Assembly (NCBI GenBank): GCA_963841915.1
Contig: CAWJEN010000006.1
Coordinates: forward strand, 1,152,001 to 1,216,000
Length of the DNA: 64,000 nt
Direction: 5' to 3'
Origin: an uncultured Planctomycetota bacterium
GTDB lineage: Bacteria > Planctomycetota > Phycisphaerae > Tepidisphaerales > Tepidisphaeraceae
Under the pieces are notes generated by a model. The model had not been told where the DNA came from. It searched no databases and was given only the letters and a program-made list of their open reading frames with translations. Below are positions 20,217 to 29,028 of this stretch, piece after piece. Positions within the stretch are counted from its first letter, which is position 1, and every line of letters begins with the position of its first letter. Both the position numbers and the translations under genes were made by a program.

Positions 20217-22280
20217 TCAGGCGGCATTCCGAGTCGCCGCTCGCGTAGCAGGCTGCGTGGCGGGTCGCCGAAGCTCTGACTGCTCCTGCAATACAACTGG
20301 TCGCGTCGCCGGACTTGAAACCGGACCCCTTGCCGGTGCCGGTGCCGCCGCGGGAGCGACCGGCTTTGTCGTTGGCTGCTGTTCTACCGCCTCAGATTCA
20401 GCGGCATCGGGCACGACCGCCTCAGGCTCGACAGCCGACTTCGGCATGGTCGCAGGCTCGGGCTCGGCGGGTTGAACCGCGGAAATCCCTGGCGTCACGT
20501 CACTGTCCGACAGTTCCCGCTCGACCATCCGCTCGACAACATCAGCGTTGGCACCTTCGGCCATCAGGTCGCTTTCTTCCACCGGCTCGCCGTCGCTCAA
20601 CGGGACGGCAGCGACGATTCGAACGCCGGCGGCTTCAATGTTCGATTCGTCGAGCATGCCTTTCTGCCGGTAGTACCGCAGGTAAAACGGGTTGCGGATC
20701 AGCTCGGCCGGAATCTTCTGGCCGCTGGCCTTGAGCTGGTCAATCGTCTGCTGATCCTTCAGGCGACTTTCGTACTCGGCTCGGAGTTCGGGCTGCTCGG
20801 CGATCGTCTCTCGCATGCGCTGCATGATTCTGCGATCAGCGTCGGCCATCGCAACGGCTGCGTCTTCGTAACCCGGAATCGGCGGGTTGGCCAGGAACTT
20901 GTCGCGAGCATTGCCCTCTTCGCGAAGGGCTTCCTGATACAGGATGAACGGGCTGTAGCTCCTCGGGTCAGCAATGGTCGTTGCGGCTTCGAGGTACGGT
21001 CCGTGCACCTTGTGCTCCGTTTCGGGATACACGCCCATCGCCGGGTCTTTGGCCGGAAACAAATAAGCTTCGCTGTTGGTGTACTTCTCGTTCGGCGGCA
21101 GGCCGTCACTGTCGGCGATGATCTGGTCGTTGTATTGCTTGCTAGCGAGGAACGACTGAAAGAAGACCGCCCACGGCGTATCGGCCGGCACCTCGACCGA
21201 ATCGCCCTCGACCGATTTGAACGTCACCGGTTCTGTTGTCTTGCTGCCATCGCGATAAATGACGGCACCGCGGGTGCCGATGGTGACCGTCGGGTAGCCG
21301 CCGTTGGGCAATTGCACGACCGACAGTTCGAGAGGCTTGCCGCCTGCGGCGACGCGGGTCTGGTTCGTCTGGCGGAAGCGGATCATGTGCCACCGGCCGC
21401 CGTTGAAGGTGGCGTAGCGACCAATTTCAAAGCCTTCTGCACCACCGCCGCCGTACCCGCCGCTGCTGGACATGGCTAACTGATCGGCACCGCTGGGCAG
21501 GATGCGGTCTTCGTAGGTCCACTTGCGGATCAGTTCTTGTGCCCTCACCACCTCGGGCGACGTCAGGTTGGTTGCGGTGGCCGTTTCGTTGTAGGTGTCG
21601 ACGCCCATCGAGCGGTAAAGCTCCAGCGTGCCCAAGCCGTCGAGGAAAAATCGCCTGCCGCCGATGTTGTCCAGGTCGTACTCGCCGCTGTTGGCCCGGC
21701 TGACGAACTCTTTACCGACTTCCTCGAACTCTTCGATCGTCCACCCGTCGCTTGGCGGCGTCATGCCGACGTCGCGGAACGTCTGCTCGTTGATCATGAT
21801 CATCGTGAACGCGACGTTGCAGGGGTACATGTACTGCCTGCGATCGCCGTCGAAATCGACGAAGCTGAGCTCGTTGAGCATGCTGTCGTAGCTCGTGCTG
21901 ACGTCGAACCCGAGTGGTCCAGCCAGGTCGGTGACGTCTTCGAGCACCGCAAGCTCCTGGAAGAACCGCATGCCGTGCCCGTTACCGAGGTCCAGGACAT
22001 CTGCCGCAACGCCACTGACGCTTTGGATGATTTTCTTCGTCTCGTCGGAGTTGCCGACGTCGAGCCGTAGCTCGATGAGGGGAACGCCCTCGTCGTCGAT
22101 CAGGCCGCGCTCGACTTGCCATTCGTCGAATAGACGCACTTGCTCGACGCGGGCCGGATTGGCGTCCGTGGTCCAGTAGATCAGAGCCTTTCGATCGGTT
22201 GAGCCCTCGGGCATCTGGGTGCTGAGCCAAACGCTGGCACCGAGCAGAATGACGAAGACGAGCAGGAATAGATACTTCAT
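20217..22280 (-). CDS. ABC transporter extracellular solute-binding protein with a low-complexity C-terminal extension
   Basis: N-terminal anchor, SBP-like motifs (WTIEEF, ATFNGGRW), first gene of the permease operon. Confidence 0.8.
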   Translation of the reverse strand: MKYLFLLVFVILLGASVWLSTQMPEGSTDRKALIYWTTDANPARVEQVRLFDEWQVERGLIDDEGVPLIELRLDVGNSDETKKIIQSVSGVAADVLDLGNGHGMRFFQELAVLEDVTDLAGPLGFDVSTSYDSMLNELSFVDFDGDRRQYMYPCNVAFTMIMINEQTFRDVGMTPPSDGWTIEEFEEVGKEFVSRANSGEYDLDNIGGRRFFLDGLGTLELYRSMGVDTYNETATATNLTSPEVVRAQELIRKWTYEDRILPSGADQLAMSSSGGYGGGGAEGFEIGRYATFNGGRWHMIRFRQTNQTRVAAGGKPLELSVVQLPNGGYPTVTIGTRGAVIYRDGSKTTEPVTFKSVEGDSVEVPADTPWAVFFQSFLASKQYNDQIIADSDGLPPNEKYTNSEAYLFPAKDPAMGVYPETEHKVHGPYLEAATTIADPRSYSPFILYQEALREEGNARDKFLANPPIPGYEDAAVAMADADRRIMQRMRETIAEQPELRAEYESRLKDQQTIDQLKASGQKIPAELIRNPFYLRYYRQKGMLDESNIEAAGVRIVAAVPLSDGEPVEESDLMAEGANADVVERMVERELSDSDVTPGISAVQPAEPEPATMPKSAVEPEAVVPDAAESEAVEQQPTTKPVAPAAAPAPARGPVSSPATRPVVLQEQSELRRPATQPATRAATRNAA

Positions 22281-22340
22281 GAAGGTCCTCCAAGGCCTTT
22301 CCCGACAGCTGCCCGGCCGGAGCGCCGGGGCAGGTCGTGG

Positions 22341-24080
22341 TTGGGCGGGCCACTGACGCTACCGCATGGCCGAGTCCGTGGCAATTCGATCTCGCCGCTA
22401 GACTCGGCTCCCTTGCTCGGCCGCCCTGCATCATCCACAAGCGACGCACAGGCTCTGCGCGAGCTGGCCGGCGCGGTTGCCTCCATAGACGGTCCCGAAT
22501 CCAACGTCGCCGATCTCGCTCAGGCCGCTGCTTTCGTAGCCAACCCGCCCGCTGATGGCCCGCGACTCGTCGTGCTGCTCGGTGGCACCGGCGCCGGAAA
22601 AAGCACCCTCGTCAACCGCCTTATCGGTGTCACCGACCGCGGCGAGGGCGCCATCGTCGGGACGAGCTTCAGGCGAACCTTCACCAGCGGCCCGGTCGCC
22701 GTGACGCAGGCCGATGTGCCTAAAGGCTGGCTCGGCCTGCCGCACCGCATCGTCGAGGCGACCGACCTGCCCGCCCGCGGCGAGTCGGACGTGTTGCTCG
22801 TCGTCCGCCACGAGGGCACCCCCGGCGGGGTCGTGCTGATCGACACGCCTGACGTCGACGGCGACATCGTCGAGCACCACGCTCGCGCGGACCGTGCCTT
22901 CCGCTGGGCGACGGGCGTCGTTCTCGTGGCAACGCCTGAGAAGTATCAACTACCCGAGATCGCCCGTTATGCAGAGCTGGCAGCGCGGTGGGGACTTGGC
23001 CGCTTGTTCGTGTTGAACAAGGCCGACGACGTCAAGGCTGCAGATGATTGGGCCCAGCAACTCGACGGGCCAACGGTTTATGTGGTGCCGCGGGACGACG
23101 CGTCCCTGGTGGTGCCAACCGAGCGGTCGCTGGACGATCTCAAGGAAGCCATCGCCGCCTTGCCGCCACCGGACAAGGCCGGGCATTTGGTGCGAAGTCG
23201 CGACGTGGCCGGTCGGGCGACGGATGCCGTACTGGCACTGGCGCGGGATCAACGCCGTCGGTGTGATGCGGCATCTGCACGCCTGAAGACGCTCATCAGG
23301 CCCGAAGCCGGTGTCGACGTGCACCCGATGACACGTCACCTCCAACGCCGCCTGCGGCAGCAGAGCGTGCTCTACCTCATGGGCCCCGGCCGCATGATCG
23401 ACCGCGTCAAAGGCGTACCGGCCATGGTCGCCCGATTGCCACGCTCGACGTGGGACCTGATCACCAAGGGCACGACAGCCACCACGACGGATGACGAGCC
23501 GATGCCCGATGCCGCCCCCGACGTGGTGCGGGAGGCAGAAGATGCGTTTGCCGTCTTCGTCGCCCGGTGCGACGACGTGCTACGCGGCGAGGGTTTGTCA
23601 GGCGAGGCGACGTGGAAGCTGCCCAAGCAGCACGCCCGTCAAGCGGTGCAGGCACAGATCGACACGCTGCGGTCGTGGCTCGAGGCCCGTTGGGACAAAA
23701 AGCCGCGCGACACACGGGCGATCGAGTGGTTGTCAAAGCACGTGCCCGGCGGCCAGCACGTGGCCAAGCTGAGCGAGACCGCGCCGTACCTGCTCATTGC
23801 CGCCAGTGCTGCCAGCAACGCGGTGATGGGCCCGGTCGACCAAGTTGTGATCGGCGGCTACCTGCTGACAACGTGGCTGGGCGAGAAGCTCAGCAACGAA
23901 GTCGCCTCGAAGAGTCGCGAAACCAATAACGCGATCGGCCGGGCCTTTGCGGGCGTGTGCGACGAGCAGGTGAAGGCGGCGGTCGCGTGGGCCGGCTCGC
24001 GTGCCGCCGACGCCAAGGCCATCGCGCGACTCGAAGCCGCTATCGACGCCGTCTACCAGCGCGCGGAGGCAGCTTCGTGA
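22341..24080 (+). CDS. Dynamin-like/Era-like TRAFAC GTPase 1 (start uncertain)
   Basis: G1 GGTGAGKST, G2 RRTFT, G3-like DTPDVD, G4 NKAD; helical C-terminal half. Confidence 0.8.
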   Translation: MGGPLTLPHGRVRGNSISPLDSAPLLGRPASSTSDAQALRELAGAVASIDGPESNVADLAQAAAFVANPPADGPRLVVLLGGTGAGKSTLVNRLIGVTDRGEGAIVGTSFRRTFTSGPVAVTQADVPKGWLGLPHRIVEATDLPARGESDVLLVVRHEGTPGGVVLIDTPDVDGDIVEHHARADRAFRWATGVVLVATPEKYQLPEIARYAELAARWGLGRLFVLNKADDVKAADDWAQQLDGPTVYVVPRDDASLVVPTERSLDDLKEAIAALPPPDKAGHLVRSRDVAGRATDAVLALARDQRRRCDAASARLKTLIRPEAGVDVHPMTRHLQRRLRQQSVLYLMGPGRMIDRVKGVPAMVARLPRSTWDLITKGTTATTTDDEPMPDAAPDVVREAEDAFAVFVARCDDVLRGEGLSGEATWKLPKQHARQAVQAQIDTLRSWLEARWDKKPRDTRAIEWLSKHVPGGQHVAKLSETAPYLLIAASAASNAVMGPVDQVVIGGYLLTTWLGEKLSNEVASKSRETNNAIGRAFAGVCDEQVKAAVAWAGSRAADAKAIARLEAAIDAVYQRAEAAS

Positions 24081-25741
24081 AAGATGACCTGCAAACGCTC
24101 GCGGCCGAAGTCGCCGACCTGATCGGCGTCGACCTGCCGGGCGTCCTCGCCGACGACGCACCGGTGCCGGCCGACGTCGCCGTCACGCACTACCACGTCG
24201 GCCTCATCGGTGGGAAAGACGTCGGCAAGACCAGCCTCGCCAACGCCCTGGCCGGCACCACGCTCGCCGAACCGATCGGGCACGGCGAAGGCACCCGCAA
24301 TGTCACCGCCTTCTGCCACCGAGCCGTCGCTACGGCGGTGCGGCGTGAGCTGCCAGACGTTAACGTGGTTCCGCACGAGATCGACCGCCTGCAACGCCAG
24401 GTGCTGCTCGATCTGCCCGACATCGACAGCCGCTACGCCGACCACCTGTCGCTGACGCGTAAGACGCTTCGGCACATGCTCTACCCCGTGTGGGTGCAAA
24501 GCGTCGAGAAGTACGCCGACGCCCGGCCGCGGGATCTGCTCAAGCAGGTGGCAGCGGGCAACGATCCGCAGAACTTCGTCTTCGTCCTGAGCAAGGTCGA
24601 CCAGCTCGTCGACCGCGAAGGCGAAGCGGCAGCGCGAGAGCTAGCCGACGACTACGCCGGCCGCATCGCCGATGCCCTCGAATTACCGGCCAAGCCACGG
24701 GTGTACCTGGTCAGCGCGCATCGGCCGGACCAGTTCGATCTGCCTGAGCTTCGCCAGACGCTTGGCATCGACCGCAGCGAAGATCAAGTGACCGGCGATC
24801 ACGGCAGGGCCATGGCGAGGCGTCGGGCGAGCGTTGTGGCGTGGCTGGGCGAGCAACGCCTTGACGAGCGGGCGGCGGAAGCCAAGCGGCTGCTGGACGA
24901 AACCGCCGATCTTCTTGCGGAACGGGCGGGTGCACCCGTCCTGGAAACGGCATTGCCGCGGCTGGCCGAGGACGCGGGGCACCGGATGGCCGTCGCCGAG
25001 CCTGCGGCGGCGGCGCGGGTGCGGGCGTGGCCGCTCGTTGGGTGGATCGACCTGGCGGCGGCACCGCTGGTCGCACTCGTGCGTCGCAACCTCATGCCGG
25101 CCACGACCGAGGCGGCCAGCCTGGACGAACATCTCGCCCATGCCGGCGAATCGACGGCAGGCAACGTGCGGGCGACGTTCGCGTCGCTCCGGGCGAGTCA
25201 TCCGCAGGTCGCCGACCTCTACGCCGACCGGCATTTGTGGGAGTCACCGGCGGCCGAGGCAGCGGCGACGGATCTCAGGCGTCGGCTGACGCGGTCGCTC
25301 GACCGACAACGTGACCACATCGCGGACAAACTTCGGCCGACAATCTGGCTCGCGCCGATCCGCTGGCTGTTGACCGTTGGCGTCGTGCTGTGGTTTGCGA
25401 TCCTGCAGCCGTTGCTGGCGGTGGCTGTGCCCGAGGGTGATGCGTGGAGCTGGACGGAGGCGTTGCAGGACGCGGTGCTATTGCTCAACGCGACGACGAT
25501 TCTGTCGTCGCTGGGCTTTGCGCTCGTGTGGCTGTTGCTCGTCTGGATCGCGGTTCGGCTGCGGGCGTATCGGTTGGTGGCCAAGCACCGGACCAAGCTG
25601 CTCCGCGGCGACGCGGCAGACGTCGAGGCGTCACCGGCCGCGCAGGTGATCGCGTGGATGGACGACCTGCTGGGCCCGCTGCATCGCCGTCATGCCCTGC
25701 TTGCGAAGCTTGTGCTTGCGGTGCGTCAGAGCGGTCACTGA
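24077..25741 (+). CDS. Dynamin-like GTPase 2 with two C-terminal TM helices
   Basis: G1 GGKDVGKTS, DLPDIDS, SKVD; GTGA start/stop overlap with the upstream GTPase. Confidence 0.8.
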   Translation: MKDDLQTLAAEVADLIGVDLPGVLADDAPVPADVAVTHYHVGLIGGKDVGKTSLANALAGTTLAEPIGHGEGTRNVTAFCHRAVATAVRRELPDVNVVPHEIDRLQRQVLLDLPDIDSRYADHLSLTRKTLRHMLYPVWVQSVEKYADARPRDLLKQVAAGNDPQNFVFVLSKVDQLVDREGEAAARELADDYAGRIADALELPAKPRVYLVSAHRPDQFDLPELRQTLGIDRSEDQVTGDHGRAMARRRASVVAWLGEQRLDERAAEAKRLLDETADLLAERAGAPVLETALPRLAEDAGHRMAVAEPAAAARVRAWPLVGWIDLAAAPLVALVRRNLMPATTEAASLDEHLAHAGESTAGNVRATFASLRASHPQVADLYADRHLWESPAAEAAATDLRRRLTRSLDRQRDHIADKLRPTIWLAPIRWLLTVGVVLWFAILQPLLAVAVPEGDAWSWTEALQDAVLLLNATTILSSLGFALVWLLLVWIAVRLRAYRLVAKHRTKLLRGDAADVEASPAAQVIAWMDDLLGPLHRRHALLAKLVLAVRQSGH

Positions 25742-25863
25742 GGTGGCGAATCCCGAGCCGCGATCCCACGGACCGCGGCTCCGGGACCATCAGGCGCTCC
25801 GGGACCATGTGCAGCTTTCAGCAGCTTCGCCGACACGTCGCCCGTGTCGCTCTACCGTGGCCC

Positions 25864-27690
25864 GTGCCCAAATGCATTGTAATCGGCGGCGGTTTTGGTG
25901 GAATCGCAAGTGCCCTGCGTATGCGGGCCAAGGGGTACGACGTCACCCTCATCGACAAGCAGGACAAGCTCGGCGGCCGCGGGTATCAGTACAACAAGGA
26001 GACCGAGCACGGCACCTTCGTCCACGATGCCGGCCCGACCGTCATCACGGCCAAGTTCCTGTTCGACGAGCTGTTCGAGCTTTTCGGCAAGAAACGCGAG
26101 GATTACGTCGAGTTTCGCGACATCTACCCGTGGTACCGCATCGTCTTCGCCGGCGACGTGACGAATCCCTCCAAACGAGCCCCGAGCGTGAGCGAGGGGT
26201 CTGTCGACCAATTGAAGACCCCTCCCTCACGGTCGGGGCTCGCGTTGCCCCACTTCGACTACGGGGGGACACTCGAGGAGTTTGAAGCGGAAATCCGGAG
26301 GTTCGGAGGAGAAGCGGACGTCATCGGCTTCCGCAAGTACCTCGCGCACTCGAAGAAGATCTTCGACAAGGGCTTCACCGAGCTGGGCGATCAGCCGTTC
26401 GACAAGTTCACGACGATGCTGAAGTGTGCCCCGGACCTCGTGCGGCTCGGCTGCTACAAGACGGTCTGGCAGATGGGGGCCAAGTACATCAAGGACGACC
26501 GGCTGCGCCGCGTCTTCAGCTTCCAGCCGCTCTTGGTCGGCGGCAACCCGTTCAACACGACGTGCATCTACAGCCTGATCTTCTACCTCGAACGCCAGTG
26601 GGGCGTGCAGTTCGCCATGGGCGGCACGGGGGCGATCGTCGCGGGGCTGCAGAAGCTGATGGAGGAGGAGGGGATCGAAATACGACTCGGTGAGGAGGCC
26701 GACGTTCTCATCCATGCGAGTCACGTCAAGCCGTTGCCGGAGCCCGGTCGCGGGCTCCCACGCGGCGAGATTTCGCTCTACGGCGTTGAGGCGGATGCGA
26801 ACGAGCAGCTTCGAGCAGATGTGGTCATCTGCAACGGTGATCCGCCAAGCATCTACCGGAAGCACCTGAAGTTCGTGAGCCCACCCAATAAGGCCAACCC
26901 GCTGGCCCACAAGGCTGGACACCTCGACCTCGAACGACCCTTCTGGCCCAACGTCAAGATCGACAAGCTCAAGTACTCGATGGGCCTGTTCGTCCTCTAC
27001 TTCGGCACGACCCGCCAGTACCCCGACGTCGCCCACCACACGATCGTCCTCGGCGAAGCGTACAAGTCGCTCCTCAAAAAGCTCTTCGACGATAAAGAGG
27101 TCGAACGCGAAGACCTCAGCGTCTACCTCCACCGCCCCACCGCCACCGACCCGTCGATGGCACCGGACGGCATGGACAGCTTCTACGTCCTTGTTCCCGT
27201 CCCCAACCTCCAACCCATCAGCGGACGCACCAAGTCCATGCGAGCCCCAAGCGTGAGCGCGGGGTCTGCTCCAGAAGCAGAACCCGCTCCCTCACGGTCG
27301 GAGCTCGCGTCGGACGAGGTTCCCGTGAACGATGACGGGTCTGTCGACTGGTCCAAGTTTGGCGATACCTTCCGCGACGACGTCGTCCGCTACCTCGAGA
27401 AAACCGTCCTGCCAGGTCTCTCCGAGTGCATCACCGGTGACTTCTACGTCACGCCGAACCACTTCCGCGACAACCTCAACACCCACCACGGCACCGGCTT
27501 CAGCGTCCAGCCGATCTTCACCCAGTCGGCCTGGTTCCGCTTCCACAACAAGAGCGACATCGACGGCCTCTACTTCGTCGGGGCCGGCACCCACCCCGGG
27601 GCCGGCATGCCAGGCGTCCTGTGCAGCGCCAAACTCGTCGACAAGCTCATCCCGGCCGTCACGCCCGAATCACAAACGGCAACGCCGTAA
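25864..27690 (+). CDS. crtI: Phytoene desaturase (CrtI/CrtN family) with in-frame insertions
   Basis: IVIGGGFGG FAD motif, HDAGPTVIT, MGGTGAIV, YLHRPTATDPSMAP and YFVGAGTHPGAGMPGV; 608 aa, longer than the roughly 500 aa usual for this family. Confidence 0.92.
   Translation: MPKCIVIGGGFGGIASALRMRAKGYDVTLIDKQDKLGGRGYQYNKETEHGTFVHDAGPTVITAKFLFDELFELFGKKREDYVEFRDIYPWYRIVFAGDVTNPSKRAPSVSEGSVDQLKTPPSRSGLALPHFDYGGTLEEFEAEIRRFGGEADVIGFRKYLAHSKKIFDKGFTELGDQPFDKFTTMLKCAPDLVRLGCYKTVWQMGAKYIKDDRLRRVFSFQPLLVGGNPFNTTCIYSLIFYLERQWGVQFAMGGTGAIVAGLQKLMEEEGIEIRLGEEADVLIHASHVKPLPEPGRGLPRGEISLYGVEADANEQLRADVVICNGDPPSIYRKHLKFVSPPNKANPLAHKAGHLDLERPFWPNVKIDKLKYSMGLFVLYFGTTRQYPDVAHHTIVLGEAYKSLLKKLFDDKEVEREDLSVYLHRPTATDPSMAPDGMDSFYVLVPVPNLQPISGRTKSMRAPSVSAGSAPEAEPAPSRSELASDEVPVNDDGSVDWSKFGDTFRDDVVRYLEKTVLPGLSECITGDFYVTPNHFRDNLNTHHGTGFSVQPIFTQSAWFRFHNKSDIDGLYFVGAGTHPGAGMPGVLCSAKLVDKLIPAVTPESQTATP
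26176..26242. repeat. Palindromic element, in-frame copy 1 inside crtI
   Basis: 27-nt arms CGAGCCCCGAGCGTGAGCGAGGGGTCT / AGACCCCTCCCTCACGGTCGGGGCTCG (25/27 complementary); encodes RAPSVSEGS...PPSRSGLA. Confidence 0.9.
27240..27308. repeat. Palindromic element, in-frame copy 2 inside crtI
   Basis: GCGAGCCCCAAGCGTGAGCGCGGGGTCTGCT...AGCAGAACCCGCTCCCTCACGGTCGGAGCTCGC; encodes RAPSVSAGS...APSRSELA. Confidence 0.88.
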
Positions 27691-27862
27691 GCAGCCCGCA
27701 GCCGGCGCACGTCCAGCCGACCCCCGGGGAGACGTAAGGCACGACGATCAATCCCAAGCCTGCCGCCAATGCCACGAGGTTTCCCGCCTTCTTGCCGTAC
27801 GACAGCATGCCCATGCCGACGAGGCCGAAGAAGAATGAGGCCATCAGGGTGTTGCTGTCCAT
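27659..27862 (-). CDS. Small hydrophobic membrane protein
   Basis: 67 aa, FFFGLVGMGMLSYGKK...IVVPY pattern, host-like codons. Confidence 0.7.
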   Translation of the reverse strand: MDSNTLMASFFFGLVGMGMLSYGKKAGNLVALAAGLGLIVVPYVSPGVGWTCAGCGLLTALPFVIRA

Positions 27863-27920
27863 GAGATCACGTGCCGCACCACCGGCGGCTCCTGACAGAC
27901 AGATACGATCCCGTTGACCC

Positions 27921-28874
27921 TCAGGCCACTGGGCGGCGACGCAGCATCAGCAGCGTAACCGGCAACGCCAGCACCAGCGTGCCCGGCTCCGGAATCACGT
28001 CGAACGCCGCCTGCGCCAGCAAAGCGTGGCCGGCCTGTGTCGGGTGAAAATCATCCCAGAACAGGTACTGATCGACGTTCGAGACGATCATCGACGTGTC
28101 GTACGAGCTGTCGCCAGGGCTCAGGCCCGGGGCGGCTTCGTCGGTCGTGTTGACCAGGTCGTAGCCGAACGGGTCGTTGATGAGGTCGTTGAACAGCCCG
28201 AACACGTCGAGCCGGAACAGCTCGATCCCCGGCCGCGACAGCTCCAGGTCGTCCAAAGCCGCGTCCAGAGCACCGTTGAACGCGACCGTCAACGCCGACT
28301 TCGCCGACGGATTGTCGTTGTAGCGAGGCGTCAGGCCGATGTCGGGCAGGTTCGGCGTCAGGAACGAACGGCCGCCCGCGTCGTAGAGCCGGCCGATGTC
28401 GCTGGCAATGCTTTGTGCTGCCGCCATGACCTGACCCGACGTCGTCGACCCGGCGATGTCGTTGCCACCGGCGAAGACGACGAACAGCGTCTCTGCGTCG
28501 ATGGCAACGGTGCTGCCCAGGAAGTCGTCCACCTGATCGTCAATGTCGTCGACCACCAGGTTCGTCGGGAAGCCGGTTCCGCTAGACAGTGCCCCGCCGT
28601 ACGCCCAGACATCACCGCCTGAGAGGCTGTTGACCGCTGGTCCCAAGCCAAGCTGTGCCGAGAGGACGTCGACGTAGTTGGGCCCGTTGGAGAAGCGGCC
28701 GTCGGCGTAGAACGGCCCGGGCGTCGTCGGGACGAGCGGAATCGACGACGTCACCTGCTCGACGTTGCCGACGTCGCTGAGGCTGTCACCGAAGACGACG
28801 AGGCCGTCGAAGGCGGTCGCCGCGGCAGTGGTCAGGAGCAAGGCCGGCCAGGCGGCAAGGGATATTCGCATCAT
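27921..28874 (-). CDS. Secreted SGNH/GDSL hydrolase with a PEP-CTERM sorting signal
   Basis: Signal peptide, FGDSLSD, GRFSNG, GGND and FWDDFHPT; ends IPEPG-TM-RRR. Confidence 0.92.
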   Translation of the reverse strand: MMRISLAAWPALLLTTAAATAFDGLVVFGDSLSDVGNVEQVTSSIPLVPTTPGPFYADGRFSNGPNYVDVLSAQLGLGPAVNSLSGGDVWAYGGALSSGTGFPTNLVVDDIDDQVDDFLGSTVAIDAETLFVVFAGGNDIAGSTTSGQVMAAAQSIASDIGRLYDAGGRSFLTPNLPDIGLTPRYNDNPSAKSALTVAFNGALDAALDDLELSRPGIELFRLDVFGLFNDLINDPFGYDLVNTTDEAAPGLSPGDSSYDTSMIVSNVDQYLFWDDFHPTQAGHALLAQAAFDVIPEPGTLVLALPVTLLMLRRRPVA

Positions 28875-29028
28875 CTCAAGCGCAAGTGTGCCACGACCAC
28901 TGCCGCTTGTCACGAACCGTCGCGCATTTTCGCGTTGCGAGCCGCAGGCCGGATCCGGCTGGCAGGTGGTAGCGACTCGTACCCTTGCGGGCTTGCCCCG
29001 CTTCGGCGATGCTCCCGCCACCCCTGCC

